Positions 18,272 to 28,248 are shown, counted from the stretch's first letter. The stretch: 64,000 nucleotides of DNA from Clostridia bacterium (GCA_030526425.1 JAUNCT010000010.1:5526-69525); one strand, 5' to 3'. Notes: generated by a model from the sequence alone, not told the origin. Numbers and translations are program-made.

Positions 18272-19453
18272 ATGGCAGCTACGATCTCCAGAGGCGTGCG
18301 TGCACCCATCATCCGCGAGGGTGATGATATCGTAAAGATCACCGTGGACTCCGTTCTCGCGGCGATGAAAGAGGATGGTTTTGAACTGAACGACCGCGAC
18401 ATCGTCGCAGTGACCGAGGCGGTCGTTGCGCGTGCGGCGGGCAACTACGCGTCCGTCGATGACATCGGCGCGGATGTCAAGGCGAAGCTCGGCGGTGAGA
18501 CCGTCGGCATCGTGTTCCCGATCCTGTCCCGCAACCGTTTCGCCATCTGCCTGCGCGGCATCGCGATGGGCGCGAAGAAGGTCGTCGTTCAGCTCGGTTA
18601 CCCGACGGACGAAGTCGGCAACCACCTGCTCGACGAGGACATCCTCGACGATTCCGATGTGAATCCGTACAGCGATGTGCTGACCGCGGATGAATTCCGC
18701 GCGAAGTTCGGCGAAGTGAAGCACACCTTCACCGGCGTCGACTACATCGCCTACTACAAGAGCGTGATCGAGAGCGCCGGCGCGGAAGCCGAGATCATCC
18801 TCGCGAACCGCCCCGAGGCGATCCTCAAGTACACCGATACCGTGATCTGCTGCGATACCCATACCCGCTTCCGCACCCAGCGCCGCATCCAAAAGGCGGG
18901 CGGCCGCATCGTTCTGACGATGGCGGATATCATGAACGCTTCCGTGAACGGCAGCGGCTTCAACTCCAAGTACGGCATCCTCGGTTCCAACAAGGCGACC
19001 GAGACCACCGTCAAGCTCTTCCCCGAGAACGCGCAGGAGGTCGCGGAAGCGATCGCGGCGTCTCTCTCCGAGAAGACCGGCAAGAAGATCGAAGCCATGG
19101 TCTACGGCGACGGTGCCTTCAAGGATCCCGTCGGCAAGATCTGGGAGCTGGCCGACCCGGTCGTTTCCCCCGGTTATACCGAAGGTCTCAACGGTCTGCC
19201 GAACGAGCTCAAGCTCAAGTACCTTGCGGACAACGACTTCGCGAACCTCAAGGGCGATGAGCTGGCAGACGCCATCCGCGGCGCGATCCGCGAAAAAGAG
19301 GGCGACCTCAAGGGCAACATGGCGTCCCAGGGCACCACGCCCCGCCGCCTGACCGACCTCATCGGTTCCCTGTGCGACCTCACCAGCGGCAGCGGTGACA
19401 AGGGTACTCCGATCATCGTCGTTCAGAACTACTTCAAGAATTACGCGATGTAA
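18272..19453 (+). CDS. F420-0:gamma-glutamyl ligase (CofE)-family protein, long form
   Basis: ATG 18272 (MAATISRGVRAPIIREGDDI). The N-terminal IVAVTEAVVARAAGN and C-terminal GDGAFKDP...SGSGDKGTPIIVV segments resemble the CofE/F420_ligase fold. 393 aa, versus roughly 250 for canonical CofE. Confidence 0.75.
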   Translation: MAATISRGVRAPIIREGDDIVKITVDSVLAAMKEDGFELNDRDIVAVTEAVVARAAGNYASVDDIGADVKAKLGGETVGIVFPILSRNRFAICLRGIAMGAKKVVVQLGYPTDEVGNHLLDEDILDDSDVNPYSDVLTADEFRAKFGEVKHTFTGVDYIAYYKSVIESAGAEAEIILANRPEAILKYTDTVICCDTHTRFRTQRRIQKAGGRIVLTMADIMNASVNGSGFNSKYGILGSNKATETTVKLFPENAQEVAEAIAASLSEKTGKKIEAMVYGDGAFKDPVGKIWELADPVVSPGYTEGLNGLPNELKLKYLADNDFANLKGDELADAIRGAIREKEGDLKGNMASQGTTPRRLTDLIGSLCDLTSGSGDKGTPIIVVQNYFKNYAM

Positions 19454-19470
19454 ACTTCACACTGCAAAGA

Positions 19471-19495
19471 AAAGCCCGGTCCGTCCGGGCTTTTT
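19471..19495 (+). terminator. rho-independent terminator
   Basis: AAAGCCCGG-TCCGT-CCGGGCTTTTT. Confidence 0.7.
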
Positions 19496-19589
19496 CATGC
19501 TCCGGAAGCCGTGAGGACCCCGCAAACGGAACCTGTGGCAAGAACCCCGCGCATGTGCTATCCTAAACGGAGAAACGGAGGGACTTTGC

Positions 19590-19991
19590 ATGATGACTTT
19601 GGAACAGGCGCGCGAATATTTCAAGGGCGACAGGTTCGCCGTGGAAACCGCGGGCATCACCATCGAATCGGTCGGTGAGGAAGGGGCGGTCTGCCGCCTC
19701 AGGGTGACCGCAAAGCATCTGGCGGCGCACGGCGGCGTCATGGGCGGCGCTTTGTTCACTCTGGCGGATTTTGCCTTTGCCGTTGCCGCGAATGCCTGCG
19801 GTGTGCTCACCGTGACGACGGAAAGCAGCATCCGTTTCCTCGGCCGCGCGAAAGACGATACGCTCACCGCGACCTGTGTCCCCGTGCATACGGGCAAGCG
19901 CACCTGCGTCTATGAGACCCGCATCACCGACGGGCAGGGTACGCTCGTTGCGCTCGTCACCGCTTCGGGCATGCGCATGGAAACGCGCTGA
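19590..19991 (+). CDS. PaaI-family hotdog thioesterase
   Basis: 133 aa. GGVMGGALFTLADFAFAVA motif. GGAGGG SD upstream. Confidence 0.85.
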   Translation: MMTLEQAREYFKGDRFAVETAGITIESVGEEGAVCRLRVTAKHLAAHGGVMGGALFTLADFAFAVAANACGVLTVTTESSIRFLGRAKDDTLTATCVPVHTGKRTCVYETRITDGQGTLVALVTASGMRMETR

Positions 19992-20015
19992 CGGATTTGA
20001 CGGATTTCAAATCAA

Positions 20016-20049
20016 ACAAAAACGACGGTCGCAGGACCGCCGTTTTTTG
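20016..20049. terminator. bidirectional terminator
   Basis: AAAAACGACGGTC-GCAG-GACCGCCGTTTTTT between convergent genes. Confidence 0.6.
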
Positions 20050-20063
20050 CATCTGTTTCGTGT

Positions 20064-21437
20064 TCAGTTGTTCTGCGCCGCCTGCATCGGCACGATCTGT
20101 TCCTTCTTGACTTTTCCGAAGAAGTACATACTCACCAGCGCGGAGACCACGCCGCCGATGGGGACCGCCCACCAGATGAGTCCGAGCTTGCCGAAGATCA
20201 TGCTGATCAGATATGCCACGGGGACGAGTACGACCAGCTCGCGGATCAGCGAAACGATCATGCTGTACAAGCCGCGGTTGAGTCCCTGGAAGATCGTACC
20301 GTTCGTGATGCCGATCGCCGCGAACGGGAAGCCGAGGCACATGATGCGCAGCGCGGGCACGCCGATGCCGAGCATCGTTTCCGAAGCTTCGAACATGCCG
20401 AGCAGCGTCGCGGGGAAGAGGAGGAAGCACAGCATGCCGAGGCTCAGCCAGCACAGCGCGGCGGTCAGGGCAAGCTTGCGGGTGCGCAGCACGCGGTCGG
20501 GCATCTTGGCGCCGTAGTTGAACGCGATGATGCTCATCGCCGCGGTGGTCATGCCGAACACGGGCATGAACGCCAGCGACTGGATCTTGAAGAAGGTGCC
20601 GAACACCGCAACGGCGGTGGGGGTGTATGCGATGAGCAGGGCGTTCATCATCAGGTTCATCACGGTGCCGACCGCCTGCATGATGATGGCGGGCACGCCG
20701 ACGCGGTAGATCGAAACGACGACTTCCTTATCGGGGCGGAAGCCCTTCGGGGAGGGTTTGACCTCGAACTTGCCGAGCATCAGCATCATGAAGCAGCACA
20801 GCATGCCGAAGATCTGTCCCGCAACGGTCGCGACCGCGGCACCGGCGATGCCCATTTTCGGGAAGCCGAGCAGACCGAAAATCAAAATCGGGTCGAGAAC
20901 GATGTTCGTGACCGCGCCGATGAGCTGCGAAGCCATCGCGGCGGTGTTCTGTCCCTGCGACTGGAGGATGCGCTCGGCGCCGATCTGCAGGAACACGCCG
21001 AAGGAGAACGTGCAGCAGATGGAGAGGTAGGTCGTGCCCAGCGCGCGGATCTCTTCGTCCGCGGTGAACATACCGAACACAGGCTTCGCACCGAAAATGC
21101 CGAACAGGCAGAAAGCCAATGCCGAAAGCAACATCAGCATCAGACCGTTGTTCGCCGCCGCAACGGCGTCTTCCTTGCGCTTTTCACCGAGCTTGCGGGA
21201 AATGAGCGCGTTGAAGCCGACGCCGGTACCGACCGACACGGCGATCATCAGCATCTGCACGGGGTAGGCGAGGGATACGGCAGTCAGCGCGTTCTCGCTG
21301 ATCTTCGCGACGAAGATACTGTCGACGATGTTGTAAAACGCCTGCACCAGCATCGAGATGCACAGCGGGATGGACATGCCGAGCAGCAAGCGCCCCTCGG
21401 GCATCGTCCGCATTTTGTTTTCTTTGCGTTGTTCCAT
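20064..21437 (-). CDS. MATE-family efflux transporter
   Basis: 457 aa with about 12 hydrophobic helices. N-terminal LLLGMSIPLCISMLVQAFYNIVDSIFV is typical of MATE/NorM. AAAGGA SD. Confidence 0.9.
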   Translation of the reverse strand: MEQRKENKMRTMPEGRLLLGMSIPLCISMLVQAFYNIVDSIFVAKISENALTAVSLAYPVQMLMIAVSVGTGVGFNALISRKLGEKRKEDAVAAANNGLMLMLLSALAFCLFGIFGAKPVFGMFTADEEIRALGTTYLSICCTFSFGVFLQIGAERILQSQGQNTAAMASQLIGAVTNIVLDPILIFGLLGFPKMGIAGAAVATVAGQIFGMLCCFMMLMLGKFEVKPSPKGFRPDKEVVVSIYRVGVPAIIMQAVGTVMNLMMNALLIAYTPTAVAVFGTFFKIQSLAFMPVFGMTTAAMSIIAFNYGAKMPDRVLRTRKLALTAALCWLSLGMLCFLLFPATLLGMFEASETMLGIGVPALRIMCLGFPFAAIGITNGTIFQGLNRGLYSMIVSLIRELVVLVPVAYLISMIFGKLGLIWWAVPIGGVVSALVSMYFFGKVKKEQIVPMQAAQNN

Positions 21438-21489
21438 TGCTTCGTCCTTTTCTTGTTGTTGTATTAATACCTTCGGTTGCCGTCCGGTG

Positions 21490-22032
21490 TCACCGGAAGG
21501 CGTCGTAAAGGTTCATCACGGGGATGTTTTTGTCGAGCGCGTAGTTCACCGTGTACAGCGTGCCGCCGCGCATCTTTTTCAGGTAGCAGATGCAGCAATC
21601 CGCATCGTCGACGAGGTGCCGGTCACGCGTCAGGTAAGCGTGCGGGTAGTTCGCCGTGGCGGCGTATGCCGTTTCCACGGCCGCTTCGGACAGCCGCGCG
21701 AAGCGCGCAAGGTCTTCCTTGCTCCAACCTTCGGTGTGCTTCGGGCTCGGCAGGTACAGGTGCAGCGAAAGCGCGGGGTGGCCGTTTTCCTTCGCGGCAA
21801 GCACCGCCTCACCGCACAACAGGTCGAAGCCGCGCGCGCCGCCGTTGTTGAAGCGCGTCACGCCCGCTTCCGCCGCGCGTGTCACGGCGTCCATCAAAAG
21901 CAGGCGGAGTTTCGTGTCGTCCGCAGTGCCCGGGGCGGGCAGCGCATCGGGGCGGTGCCCTGTGAAACAACAGGCTTTTTTTCCGTCGAAAAACGCCGGA
22001 TCCACGGTATCGCCTCCCCCTTCTTCCGACAA
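21490..22032 (-). CDS. SLOG-superfamily DUF1273 (YpsA-like) protein
   Basis: 180 aa. CCFTGHRP, NNGGARGFDLLCGEAV and YLPSP..GWS motifs follow the DUF1273/YpsA pattern. Confidence 0.78.
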   Translation of the reverse strand: MSEEGGGDTVDPAFFDGKKACCFTGHRPDALPAPGTADDTKLRLLLMDAVTRAAEAGVTRFNNGGARGFDLLCGEAVLAAKENGHPALSLHLYLPSPKHTEGWSKEDLARFARLSEAAVETAYAATANYPHAYLTRDRHLVDDADCCICYLKKMRGGTLYTVNYALDKNIPVMNLYDAFR

Positions 22033-22159
22033 AAGCCGAATAAAATACCAATCTTATTATAGCATGGATTTTAACAACTTGTGAACTGTTTTGAAAACGC
22101 ATTTCCGCGGCGCGTCTTGTGTGCGATAATGACGATGTATCATAAGCTTTTTACATGAG

Positions 22160-23092
22160 GTGAAAACCGTGAAAACTCCGAGAAAAAGGAAAAAGGTGTT
22201 CCGCATCAACTCGCCGGTCACGTTCGGGATCCTGTGCGCGTTGATCGTTGCGCTCATCGGCGGCGGCGTTTACGCTTTGGCCGATAACGTGATCCTGCCC
22301 GCCCTCCAACAAAAGGAAGAGGCGGTCGTCGAGTATTCGCCCACGCCGATCATCGAGCCGACGCCCACGCCGGTCGTCGTCACGCCGAAACCCGAAGTCG
22401 TGCAGCAGGCGATCGACGACGGAACGTTCGTGACGATGGATCCGCAGACAGGTGCGGTCGTGACGAGCACCCCCACGGCGACGCCCGTACCGACGCCCGT
22501 GCCGACGCCCACGCCCATGCCGCTTGAAGGGCGCGTCATCGCCATCGACGCCGCAAAGTCCAAGGGCGCGACGCATAAGGGCGTTTCCAGCAAAACGTAC
22601 GAATACAAAATCAACCTCGCGTTCGCACAGGCGCTGCAGCAGCAGCTTGTCAATATGGGCGCCAAGGTCGTGATGACCCGCGAAACGAACGGCAAGCAGG
22701 TCGGCGCCGCATCGCGTATCCGCACGATCAACAACGCCAAGGCAGACCTTGCCATCTCCATCCTCTGCAACGACATTTCCAGCCGCGATATCCGCGGCGC
22801 GGAAGCGTTCGTCGCGAAGGACGCCAAGAACTACGACCAGTCCGTCAAGCTCGCACGGGCGATCATCAACGGTTACACCACGGCGACCGGCATGCCCGTC
22901 CGCGACACCAGCGACGGCTCCGTCCGCATCGTGACCGGGAAGGAAGTGCTCTCCGGCGCGCGCGTCCCCGTGATGGGTCTTGTACTCGGACAGCTCTCGA
23001 ACAAGACCGACGATGCCTGCCTCAACGACCCCGCGTTCATCCAGAAGGCTGCGCGCGGCATCGCGAACGGCATCAAAAACTACCTCGGCTGA
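22160..23092 (+). CDS. N-acetylmuramoyl-L-alanine amidase (Amidase_3) with TM anchor and Pro/Thr linker
   Basis: 310 aa. N-terminal TM helix, PTPTPVVVTP.../TPVPTPVPTPTP linker, then a catalytic domain (IAIDAAKSKG...EAFV...). The start is GTG 22160 or GTG 22169. Confidence 0.85.
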   Translation: MKTVKTPRKRKKVFRINSPVTFGILCALIVALIGGGVYALADNVILPALQQKEEAVVEYSPTPIIEPTPTPVVVTPKPEVVQQAIDDGTFVTMDPQTGAVVTSTPTATPVPTPVPTPTPMPLEGRVIAIDAAKSKGATHKGVSSKTYEYKINLAFAQALQQQLVNMGAKVVMTRETNGKQVGAASRIRTINNAKADLAISILCNDISSRDIRGAEAFVAKDAKNYDQSVKLARAIINGYTTATGMPVRDTSDGSVRIVTGKEVLSGARVPVMGLVLGQLSNKTDDACLNDPAFIQKAARGIANGIKNYLG

Positions 23093-23104
23093 CCTCATGC
23101 ACTG

Positions 23105-23134
23105 CCGTCTCCCCGAAAGGGGAGGCGTTTTTTG
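23105..23134 (+). terminator. rho-independent terminator
   Basis: CGTCTCCCC-GAAA-GGGGAGGCGTTTTTTG. Confidence 0.65.
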
Positions 23135-23198
23135 TTTTCCGGGGCGCGGAGCGCTGCGTTTCCGCACACCCCGGACGGAAGGAATCTGTGTTGGGGGA

Positions 23199-23228
23199 TT
23201 GAATTTTTTGTGACAAAACGAGTATAAT
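23199..23228 (+). promoter_or_regulatory. candidate rnf operon promoter
   Basis: TTGAAT, 18-nt spacer, TATAAT, about 110 nt upstream of rnfC. Confidence 0.45.
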
Positions 23229-23337
23229 ATAATAGCATTTGTATTGATAAGCTTGTTGCCCGCCGTGCGCGGAAAGCAGGGCGGCAACGGTGATCCATTT
23301 GACTATCCGGAATCCGGAATGGGAGGTAGTATTCACT

Positions 23338-24657
23338 TTGAAACGAACATTCATGGGAGGCGTTCATCCGCTCTCCGAAATCCATGAAGGCAAGCGGCCC
23401 ACCCAAGGTCTTGCGGTGCGTCCCGTCACGTCCGCCCAAGTGGTGATCCCCGTCGGTCAGCACATCGGCGCGCCTTCCGCACCCTGTGTCAAAAAGGGCG
23501 ACAACGTGCTCCTCGGTCAGGTGATCGCAGAGCCCGTCGGCGGTCTCGGTATCCCGGTCCATGCTTCCGTCTCCGGCACCGTTCTTGCGGTCGAAGAGCG
23601 CCAGCAGCTCCGTGCGAAGCCCGAGATGTGCATCGTCATCGAGAACGACATGCAGGACAACTGGACGGAGCTGACCCCCGTCGGCGAAGTCGAGTCGGTC
23701 GATCCCACGCTCATCGCGCCCGCAGTCAAGGCGGCGGGTATCTGCGGTATGGGCGGCGCGGCGTTCCCCACGCATGTCAAGCTCGCCGTTCCCGAGGGGA
23801 AGACCGTGGATACCGTCATCCTCAACGGCTGCGAGTGTGAACCCTATCTGACGGCGGATCATCGCCAGATGCTCGAGAATGCCGACCGCATCGCAGACGG
23901 TCTGCGTCTCATCATGCGCGCGACCGGCGTCAAGAAGGCGTTTGTCGCCATCGAAGACAACAAGCCCGACGCGATCTCCGTAATGGAAAAGGCGCTCGCA
24001 GGCCGCGAAGGCTGCGAAGTCGCCGTCCTGAAGACGAAGTACCCGCAGGGCGGTGAAAAAACGCTGATCCAGGCGGTCACCGGCCGTGAGGTCCCCCGCG
24101 GCGGTCTGCCGGCGGATGCGGGCGTGCTCGTGTTCAATGTGAGCACCGCCGCCGCCATCGCCGATGCGGTCGTTCTCGGCAAGCCCTTGGTCGAGCGCAT
24201 CGTCACCGTGACCGGCAACGTCAACGAACCCGCGAACCTGCTCGTCCGCATCGGCACCTCCGTTGAAGAGGTCGCGAATGCCTGCGGCGGTTTCAAGGAA
24301 GACACCCGCAAGGTCATCTTCGGCGGTCCCATGACGGGTATCCCCGCACCGGACACGACGGTCTCCATCGCAAAGAACAACAACGGTCTCGTCGCGTTCA
24401 ACGAAAAGGAAGCGAAGCAGGCGGAAGAACAGCCCTGCATCCGCTGCGGCCGCTGTGCGATGGCTTGCTCCATCCACCTGCAGCCCTTCAAGATCGCGGT
24501 CGCCTGCCGTCAGGGCAAGCTCGACCTCGCGAAGGAATACGGCCTGATGGATTGCGTGCTTTGCGGCGCTTGCAGCTACATCTGCCCCGCGCAGCGTCAC
24601 CTCACCGTCGCGATGAAGACGGCGAAGGAAGAACTCGCGGCAAAGGCAAGGAGGTAA
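23338..24657 (+). CDS. rnfC: Rnf complex subunit C
   Basis: ORF 23290..24657. GGVHP N-terminus, NADH/FMN-binding SLBB-type middle region, two C-terminal 4Fe-4S motifs (CIRCGRCAMAC, CVLCGACSYIC). Start TTG 23338 (GGAGG 11 nt upstream) or ATG 23353. Confidence 0.9.
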   Translation: MKRTFMGGVHPLSEIHEGKRPTQGLAVRPVTSAQVVIPVGQHIGAPSAPCVKKGDNVLLGQVIAEPVGGLGIPVHASVSGTVLAVEERQQLRAKPEMCIVIENDMQDNWTELTPVGEVESVDPTLIAPAVKAAGICGMGGAAFPTHVKLAVPEGKTVDTVILNGCECEPYLTADHRQMLENADRIADGLRLIMRATGVKKAFVAIEDNKPDAISVMEKALAGREGCEVAVLKTKYPQGGEKTLIQAVTGREVPRGGLPADAGVLVFNVSTAAAIADAVVLGKPLVERIVTVTGNVNEPANLLVRIGTSVEEVANACGGFKEDTRKVIFGGPMTGIPAPDTTVSIAKNNNGLVAFNEKEAKQAEEQPCIRCGRCAMACSIHLQPFKIAVACRQGKLDLAKEYGLMDCVLCGACSYICPAQRHLTVAMKTAKEELAAKARR

Positions 24658-24663
24658 CATACA

Positions 24664-25593
24664 ATGACTTTTTCCGTTTCCAACGCGCCTCACGCGCGCC
24701 ATCAGGATACGACCCAGCGCATCATGCTGGATGTTCTGATCGCGCTGGCGCCCACCGCGATCGCCGGTTGCTTCCTCTTCGGCTGGAACGCCGCCCGTGT
24801 CATCGCGCTGTCCGTCGTGTTCTGCGTCGGTCTTGAGTACCTTTGGCAGAAGCTCATGCACAAGCCCGTCCGCATCGCGGATCTTTCCGCGGCGGTCACC
24901 GGCGTGATCTTCGCGCTCAACATGCCCTCCACCGCACCGTGGTGGATGCTCCTCATCGGCTGTGCGGTCGCGATCCTGCTCGTCAAGCAGCTCTTCGGCG
25001 GCATCGGCAGCAACTTCGTCAACCCCGCGCTCGCAGCGCGTGCGGTCCTGCTTTCGAGCTGGCCCGGGCTGATGGGCGGCACCGCGTTCCACGTGCCCTT
25101 CGACACCGTCTCCTCCGCGACGCCGCTCGTGAGCGACAACGCGAAGCCCATGCTCGACCTGTTCCTCGGCCGCATCCCCGGCACCATCGGTGAGGTCTGC
25201 AAGGTCGCGATCCTGCTCGGTCTCGCGTACCTGCTCATCCGCCGCACCATCATGCCGGTCGTCCCGGTCGTCATGGTCGGCAGCTACATGGTGTTCGCCG
25301 CTCTGTTCGGACAGAATGCGATCGAAGGCGTTCTTACCGGCGGCCTCCTGTTCGGCGCCGTCTTCATGGCGACCGATTACGTCACCAGCCCCATGACCCT
25401 CGGCGGTAATGTCGTTTACGCGCTCGGCGCGGGTCTCATGGTCGCGCTGATCCGCCGCTTCGGCAGCACGCCCGAAGGCGTCACCTATGCGATCCTTCTG
25501 ATGAACATCGTCACGCCGCTGCTCGACCGCGGTTTCGCGCCGCGCATCTACGGCACGAAGAAAGAGAAGAAGGAGGCGAAGACCAATGCCTGA
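24664..25593 (+). CDS. rnfD: Rnf complex subunit D
   Basis: 309-aa polytopic protein with the NqrB/RnfD pattern, including the FMN-attachment-region-like TGATPL analogue (SSATPL). Confidence 0.92.
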   Translation: MTFSVSNAPHARHQDTTQRIMLDVLIALAPTAIAGCFLFGWNAARVIALSVVFCVGLEYLWQKLMHKPVRIADLSAAVTGVIFALNMPSTAPWWMLLIGCAVAILLVKQLFGGIGSNFVNPALAARAVLLSSWPGLMGGTAFHVPFDTVSSATPLVSDNAKPMLDLFLGRIPGTIGEVCKVAILLGLAYLLIRRTIMPVVPVVMVGSYMVFAALFGQNAIEGVLTGGLLFGAVFMATDYVTSPMTLGGNVVYALGAGLMVALIRRFGSTPEGVTYAILLMNIVTPLLDRGFAPRIYGTKKEKKEAKTNA

Positions 25594-26134
25594 AATCGCA
25601 AAGCTCGGTCTGAAGCTGTTCCTCTTGGCGGCCGTCGCGGGTCTCGCGCTCGGCATCACCAATGAGGTCACCAAGGGACCCATCGAAAAGCAGAAGATCG
25701 CCGCTTCCAATGCGGCGCGTATCGCCGTCCTCCCCGAGGGTAAGGATTTCGAGCCCATCGTCGGCATCACCGACAAGGTGGACGAGCTCTTCACCGCCAA
25801 GGACGAAAACGGCAATGTCGTCGGTCACACCGGCATGATCAAGGTGCAGGGCTTCGGCGGACCGATCGAGGTCACCGTCGGCGTCAACAACGAAGGCACG
25901 GTCACCGGCATCAGCGTCGGCGGCAGCGACTTCCAGGAGACCGCTGGTCTCGGCGCCAAGACCAAGGATGCCGAATTCACCGACCGTTTCAAGGGCATCG
26001 ATGCCAAGACCGCGAACATCGCAGTCGCAGCGGACGGCGGTGTGATCGAGGCGGTCACCGGCGCGACCATCAGCTCCCGCGCGGTATCCAACGGCGTCAA
26101 GACGGTCGCGGATGCGATCCTCGCGCTCAACTAA
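25586..26134 (+). CDS. rnfG: Rnf complex subunit G (FMN-binding)
   Basis: 182 aa. N-terminal TM helix and a C-terminal VTGATISSRAV FMN_bind motif. Confidence 0.9.
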   Translation: MPEIAKLGLKLFLLAAVAGLALGITNEVTKGPIEKQKIAASNAARIAVLPEGKDFEPIVGITDKVDELFTAKDENGNVVGHTGMIKVQGFGGPIEVTVGVNNEGTVTGISVGGSDFQETAGLGAKTKDAEFTDRFKGIDAKTANIAVAADGGVIEAVTGATISSRAVSNGVKTVADAILALN

Positions 26135-26149
26135 GGAGGAACACCATCA

Positions 26150-26773
26150 ATGGAAAAGAAGAAAAGCGCGCGTTCGGTCTTTTTCAACGGACTGATCAGC
26201 GAAAACCCCACGTTCCGCCTCGTGCTGGGTACCTGCCCGACCATGGCGGTCACGACTTCCGCAACCAACGGCATCGGTATGGGTCTTGCGGCGACCTTCG
26301 TTCTGATCGGCAGCAACATCGTCATCTCGCTGCTGCGGAACTTCATCCCCGATAAGATCCGCATCCCGAGCTTCATCGTCGTCATCTGCACCTTCGTTAC
26401 CATGGTCCAGATGCTGCTGCAGGCGTTCGTTCCCTCGCTGTACGAATCCCTCGGCATGTTCATCCCGCTCATCGTCGTCAACTGCATCATCCTCGCCCGT
26501 GCGGAAGCCTTTGCTTCCAAAAACAGCGTGGCGCTCTCCGCGGTCGACGGTCTCGGTATGGGTCTCGGCTTCACCGTGGCGATCACCGTCATGGGTGCGA
26601 TCCGCGAGCTGCTCGGTAACGGTACCGTCTTCGGCACCCAGATCATGCCGGCTGCTTACCAGCCCATGATGCTGCTGGTCATGCCCGCGGGCGGCTTCAT
26701 CGTATACGGTCTGATGCTCGGCATCATCAACACCATCGTCAACAAGAAGCAGAAGAAGGAGGAAGAGGCATGA
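26150..26773 (+). CDS. rnfE: Rnf complex subunit E
   Basis: 207 aa. [12 protein letters not shown] and [11 protein letters not shown], typical of RnfE/NqrD. Confidence 0.92.
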   Translation: MEKKKSARSVFFNGLISENPTFRLVLGTCPTMAVTTSATNGIGMGLAATFVLIGSNIVISLLRNFIPDKIRIPSFIVVICTFVTMVQMLLQAFVPSLYESLGMFIPLIVVNCIILARAEAFASKNSVALSAVDGLGMGLGFTVAITVMGAIRELLGNGTVFGTQIMPAAYQPMMLLVMPAGGFIVYGLMLGIINTIVNKKQKKEEEA

Positions 26774-27381
26774 ACGCGGTCGCAAAACTTCTCCTGTTCA
26801 TGGTCAGCTGCGTGTTGACCAACAACTTCATCTTCTCCCGCTTCCTCGGTTGCTGCCCGTTCCTCGGCGTTTCCAACAAGGTCGAAACGGCGACCGGCAT
26901 GGGTCTCGCGGTCACCTTCGTTATGGCTCTGGCGAGCCTGTTCACCTACGTCATCTACACCTGGATCCTCGTGCCGCTCGGTCTTGCGTATCTGTCGACC
27001 ATCGCGTTCATCCTGGTCATCGCGTCTCTGGTGCAGGTCGTTGAGATGTTCCTCAAGAAGTCCGCTCCGTCGCTGTATGCCGCGCTCGGTATCTACCTGC
27101 CGCTCATCACGACGAACTGCGCGGTTCTCGGCGTCTGCTTGCTGAACATCGGCGGCAGTGTCACCGTTGCGGGTCAGGTCATCGAATACAACCTGCTCTA
27201 CTCGGTGCTCAACGGCGTCTTCGGCGCACTGGGCTTCCTGCTGGCGATCGTCCTCATGGCGGGCGTCCGCGAGCGTCTCGAAACGGCGGATATCCCCGAA
27301 TCGTTCAAGGGCTTCCCGTCTTCGCTCATCATCGCGGGTCTCATGAGCATCGCGTTCCTGGGCTTCAAGGGTCTTGTGTAA
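26770..27381 (+). CDS. rnfA: Rnf complex subunit A
   Basis: 203 aa. [11 protein letters not shown] and [12 protein letters not shown], typical of RnfA/NqrE. ATGA overlap with rnfE. Confidence 0.92.
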   Translation: MNAVAKLLLFMVSCVLTNNFIFSRFLGCCPFLGVSNKVETATGMGLAVTFVMALASLFTYVIYTWILVPLGLAYLSTIAFILVIASLVQVVEMFLKKSAPSLYAALGIYLPLITTNCAVLGVCLLNIGGSVTVAGQVIEYNLLYSVLNGVFGALGFLLAIVLMAGVRERLETADIPESFKGFPSSLIIAGLMSIAFLGFKGLV

Positions 27382-27393
27382 GGAGGACGGAAA

Positions 27394-28206
27394 ATGGATT
27401 TCGTTATTGTTCTGACTGCCGCCGGTATCCTCGGCGCGATCGGTCTCATTTTCGGTCTCGTCCTCGGCGTTGCCGGCAAGAAGTTTGCCGTCGAGCAGGA
27501 TGAGCGCGTCGTCAAGGTGCGCGAGTGCCTCGGCGGTGCGAACTGCGGTGCCTGCGGTTTCGCGGGCTGCGACGCATTTGCGGAAGCGGTCGTCAAGGGC
27601 ACTGCGCCCGTCAACGGCTGCACCCCGGGTGGCAACTCCGCCGCCAAGGCGATCGGTGAGATCATGGGCGTTGCCGCGGAGTCGAAGGAACCCGTCGTTG
27701 CGCGTGTCCGTTGCTCCGGAAACTGCGACAACATGATCCGTCGTTACGACTACGAGGGCTTCTCCTCCTGCCGCGCGGCGAGTTCTTATGCCGGCGGTCC
27801 CAAGGCTTGTCACTTCGCTTGCGTCGGTGTCGGCGATTGCGTCCGTGCCTGCAAGTTCGATGCCATCTCCCTGAAGGACGGCGTCGCCCATATCGACCCC
27901 AACAAGTGCGCGGGCTGCGGTATGTGCGAAGCGGCCTGCCCGCGTGATATCATCCATCTGCTGCCGAGAAGCCAGACCATCCTCGTTGCTTGCCGCAACA
28001 AGGCGGTCGGTCGTGTGGCGCGTCTCCAGTGCAAGACCGCATGTATCGCCTGCGGAAAGTGCGCGAAGACCTGCCCCAGCGGTGCCATCGCGATCGTCGA
28101 AGGCGTTGCGCAGATCGACGAAACGAAGTGCACGCGTTGCGGCGCTTGCGTGCCCGCGTGCCCGATGCACTGCATCCACAACCTGTTCGACGACAACATC
28201 GCCTGA
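27394..28206 (+). CDS. rnfB: Rnf complex subunit B (polyferredoxin)
   Basis: 270 aa. N-terminal TM helix, CGACGFAGC cluster, then several CxxCxxCxxxCP 4Fe-4S motifs. Confidence 0.9.
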   Translation: MDFVIVLTAAGILGAIGLIFGLVLGVAGKKFAVEQDERVVKVRECLGGANCGACGFAGCDAFAEAVVKGTAPVNGCTPGGNSAAKAIGEIMGVAAESKEPVVARVRCSGNCDNMIRRYDYEGFSSCRAASSYAGGPKACHFACVGVGDCVRACKFDAISLKDGVAHIDPNKCAGCGMCEAACPRDIIHLLPRSQTILVACRNKAVGRVARLQCKTACIACGKCAKTCPSGAIAIVEGVAQIDETKCTRCGACVPACPMHCIHNLFDDNIA

Positions 28207-28220
28207 CAGACAACGCATGG

Positions 28221-28248
28221 AAAGGGTTCCTTCGGGAGCCCTTTTTTG
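28221..28248 (+). terminator. rho-independent terminator of the rnf operon
   Basis: AAGGGTTCC-TTCG-GGAGCCCTTTTTTG. Confidence 0.7.

Noticed and set aside
19988-20008. Tandem 9-nt duplication GACGGATTT GACGGATTT after the thioesterase stop
   Set aside because: Only two copies, in the spacer before a terminator. Most simply explained as a slippage duplication with no evident function.
23095-25815. 906-aa minus-strand ORF antisense to rnfC-rnfD
   Set aside because: Same shadow-ORF explanation. The plus-strand genes have canonical Rnf motifs and operon structure.
26656-28218. 520-aa minus-strand ORF antisense to rnfA/rnfB
   Set aside because: Asp/Arg/Ala-rich shadow ORF. rnfA and rnfB on the plus strand are canonical.
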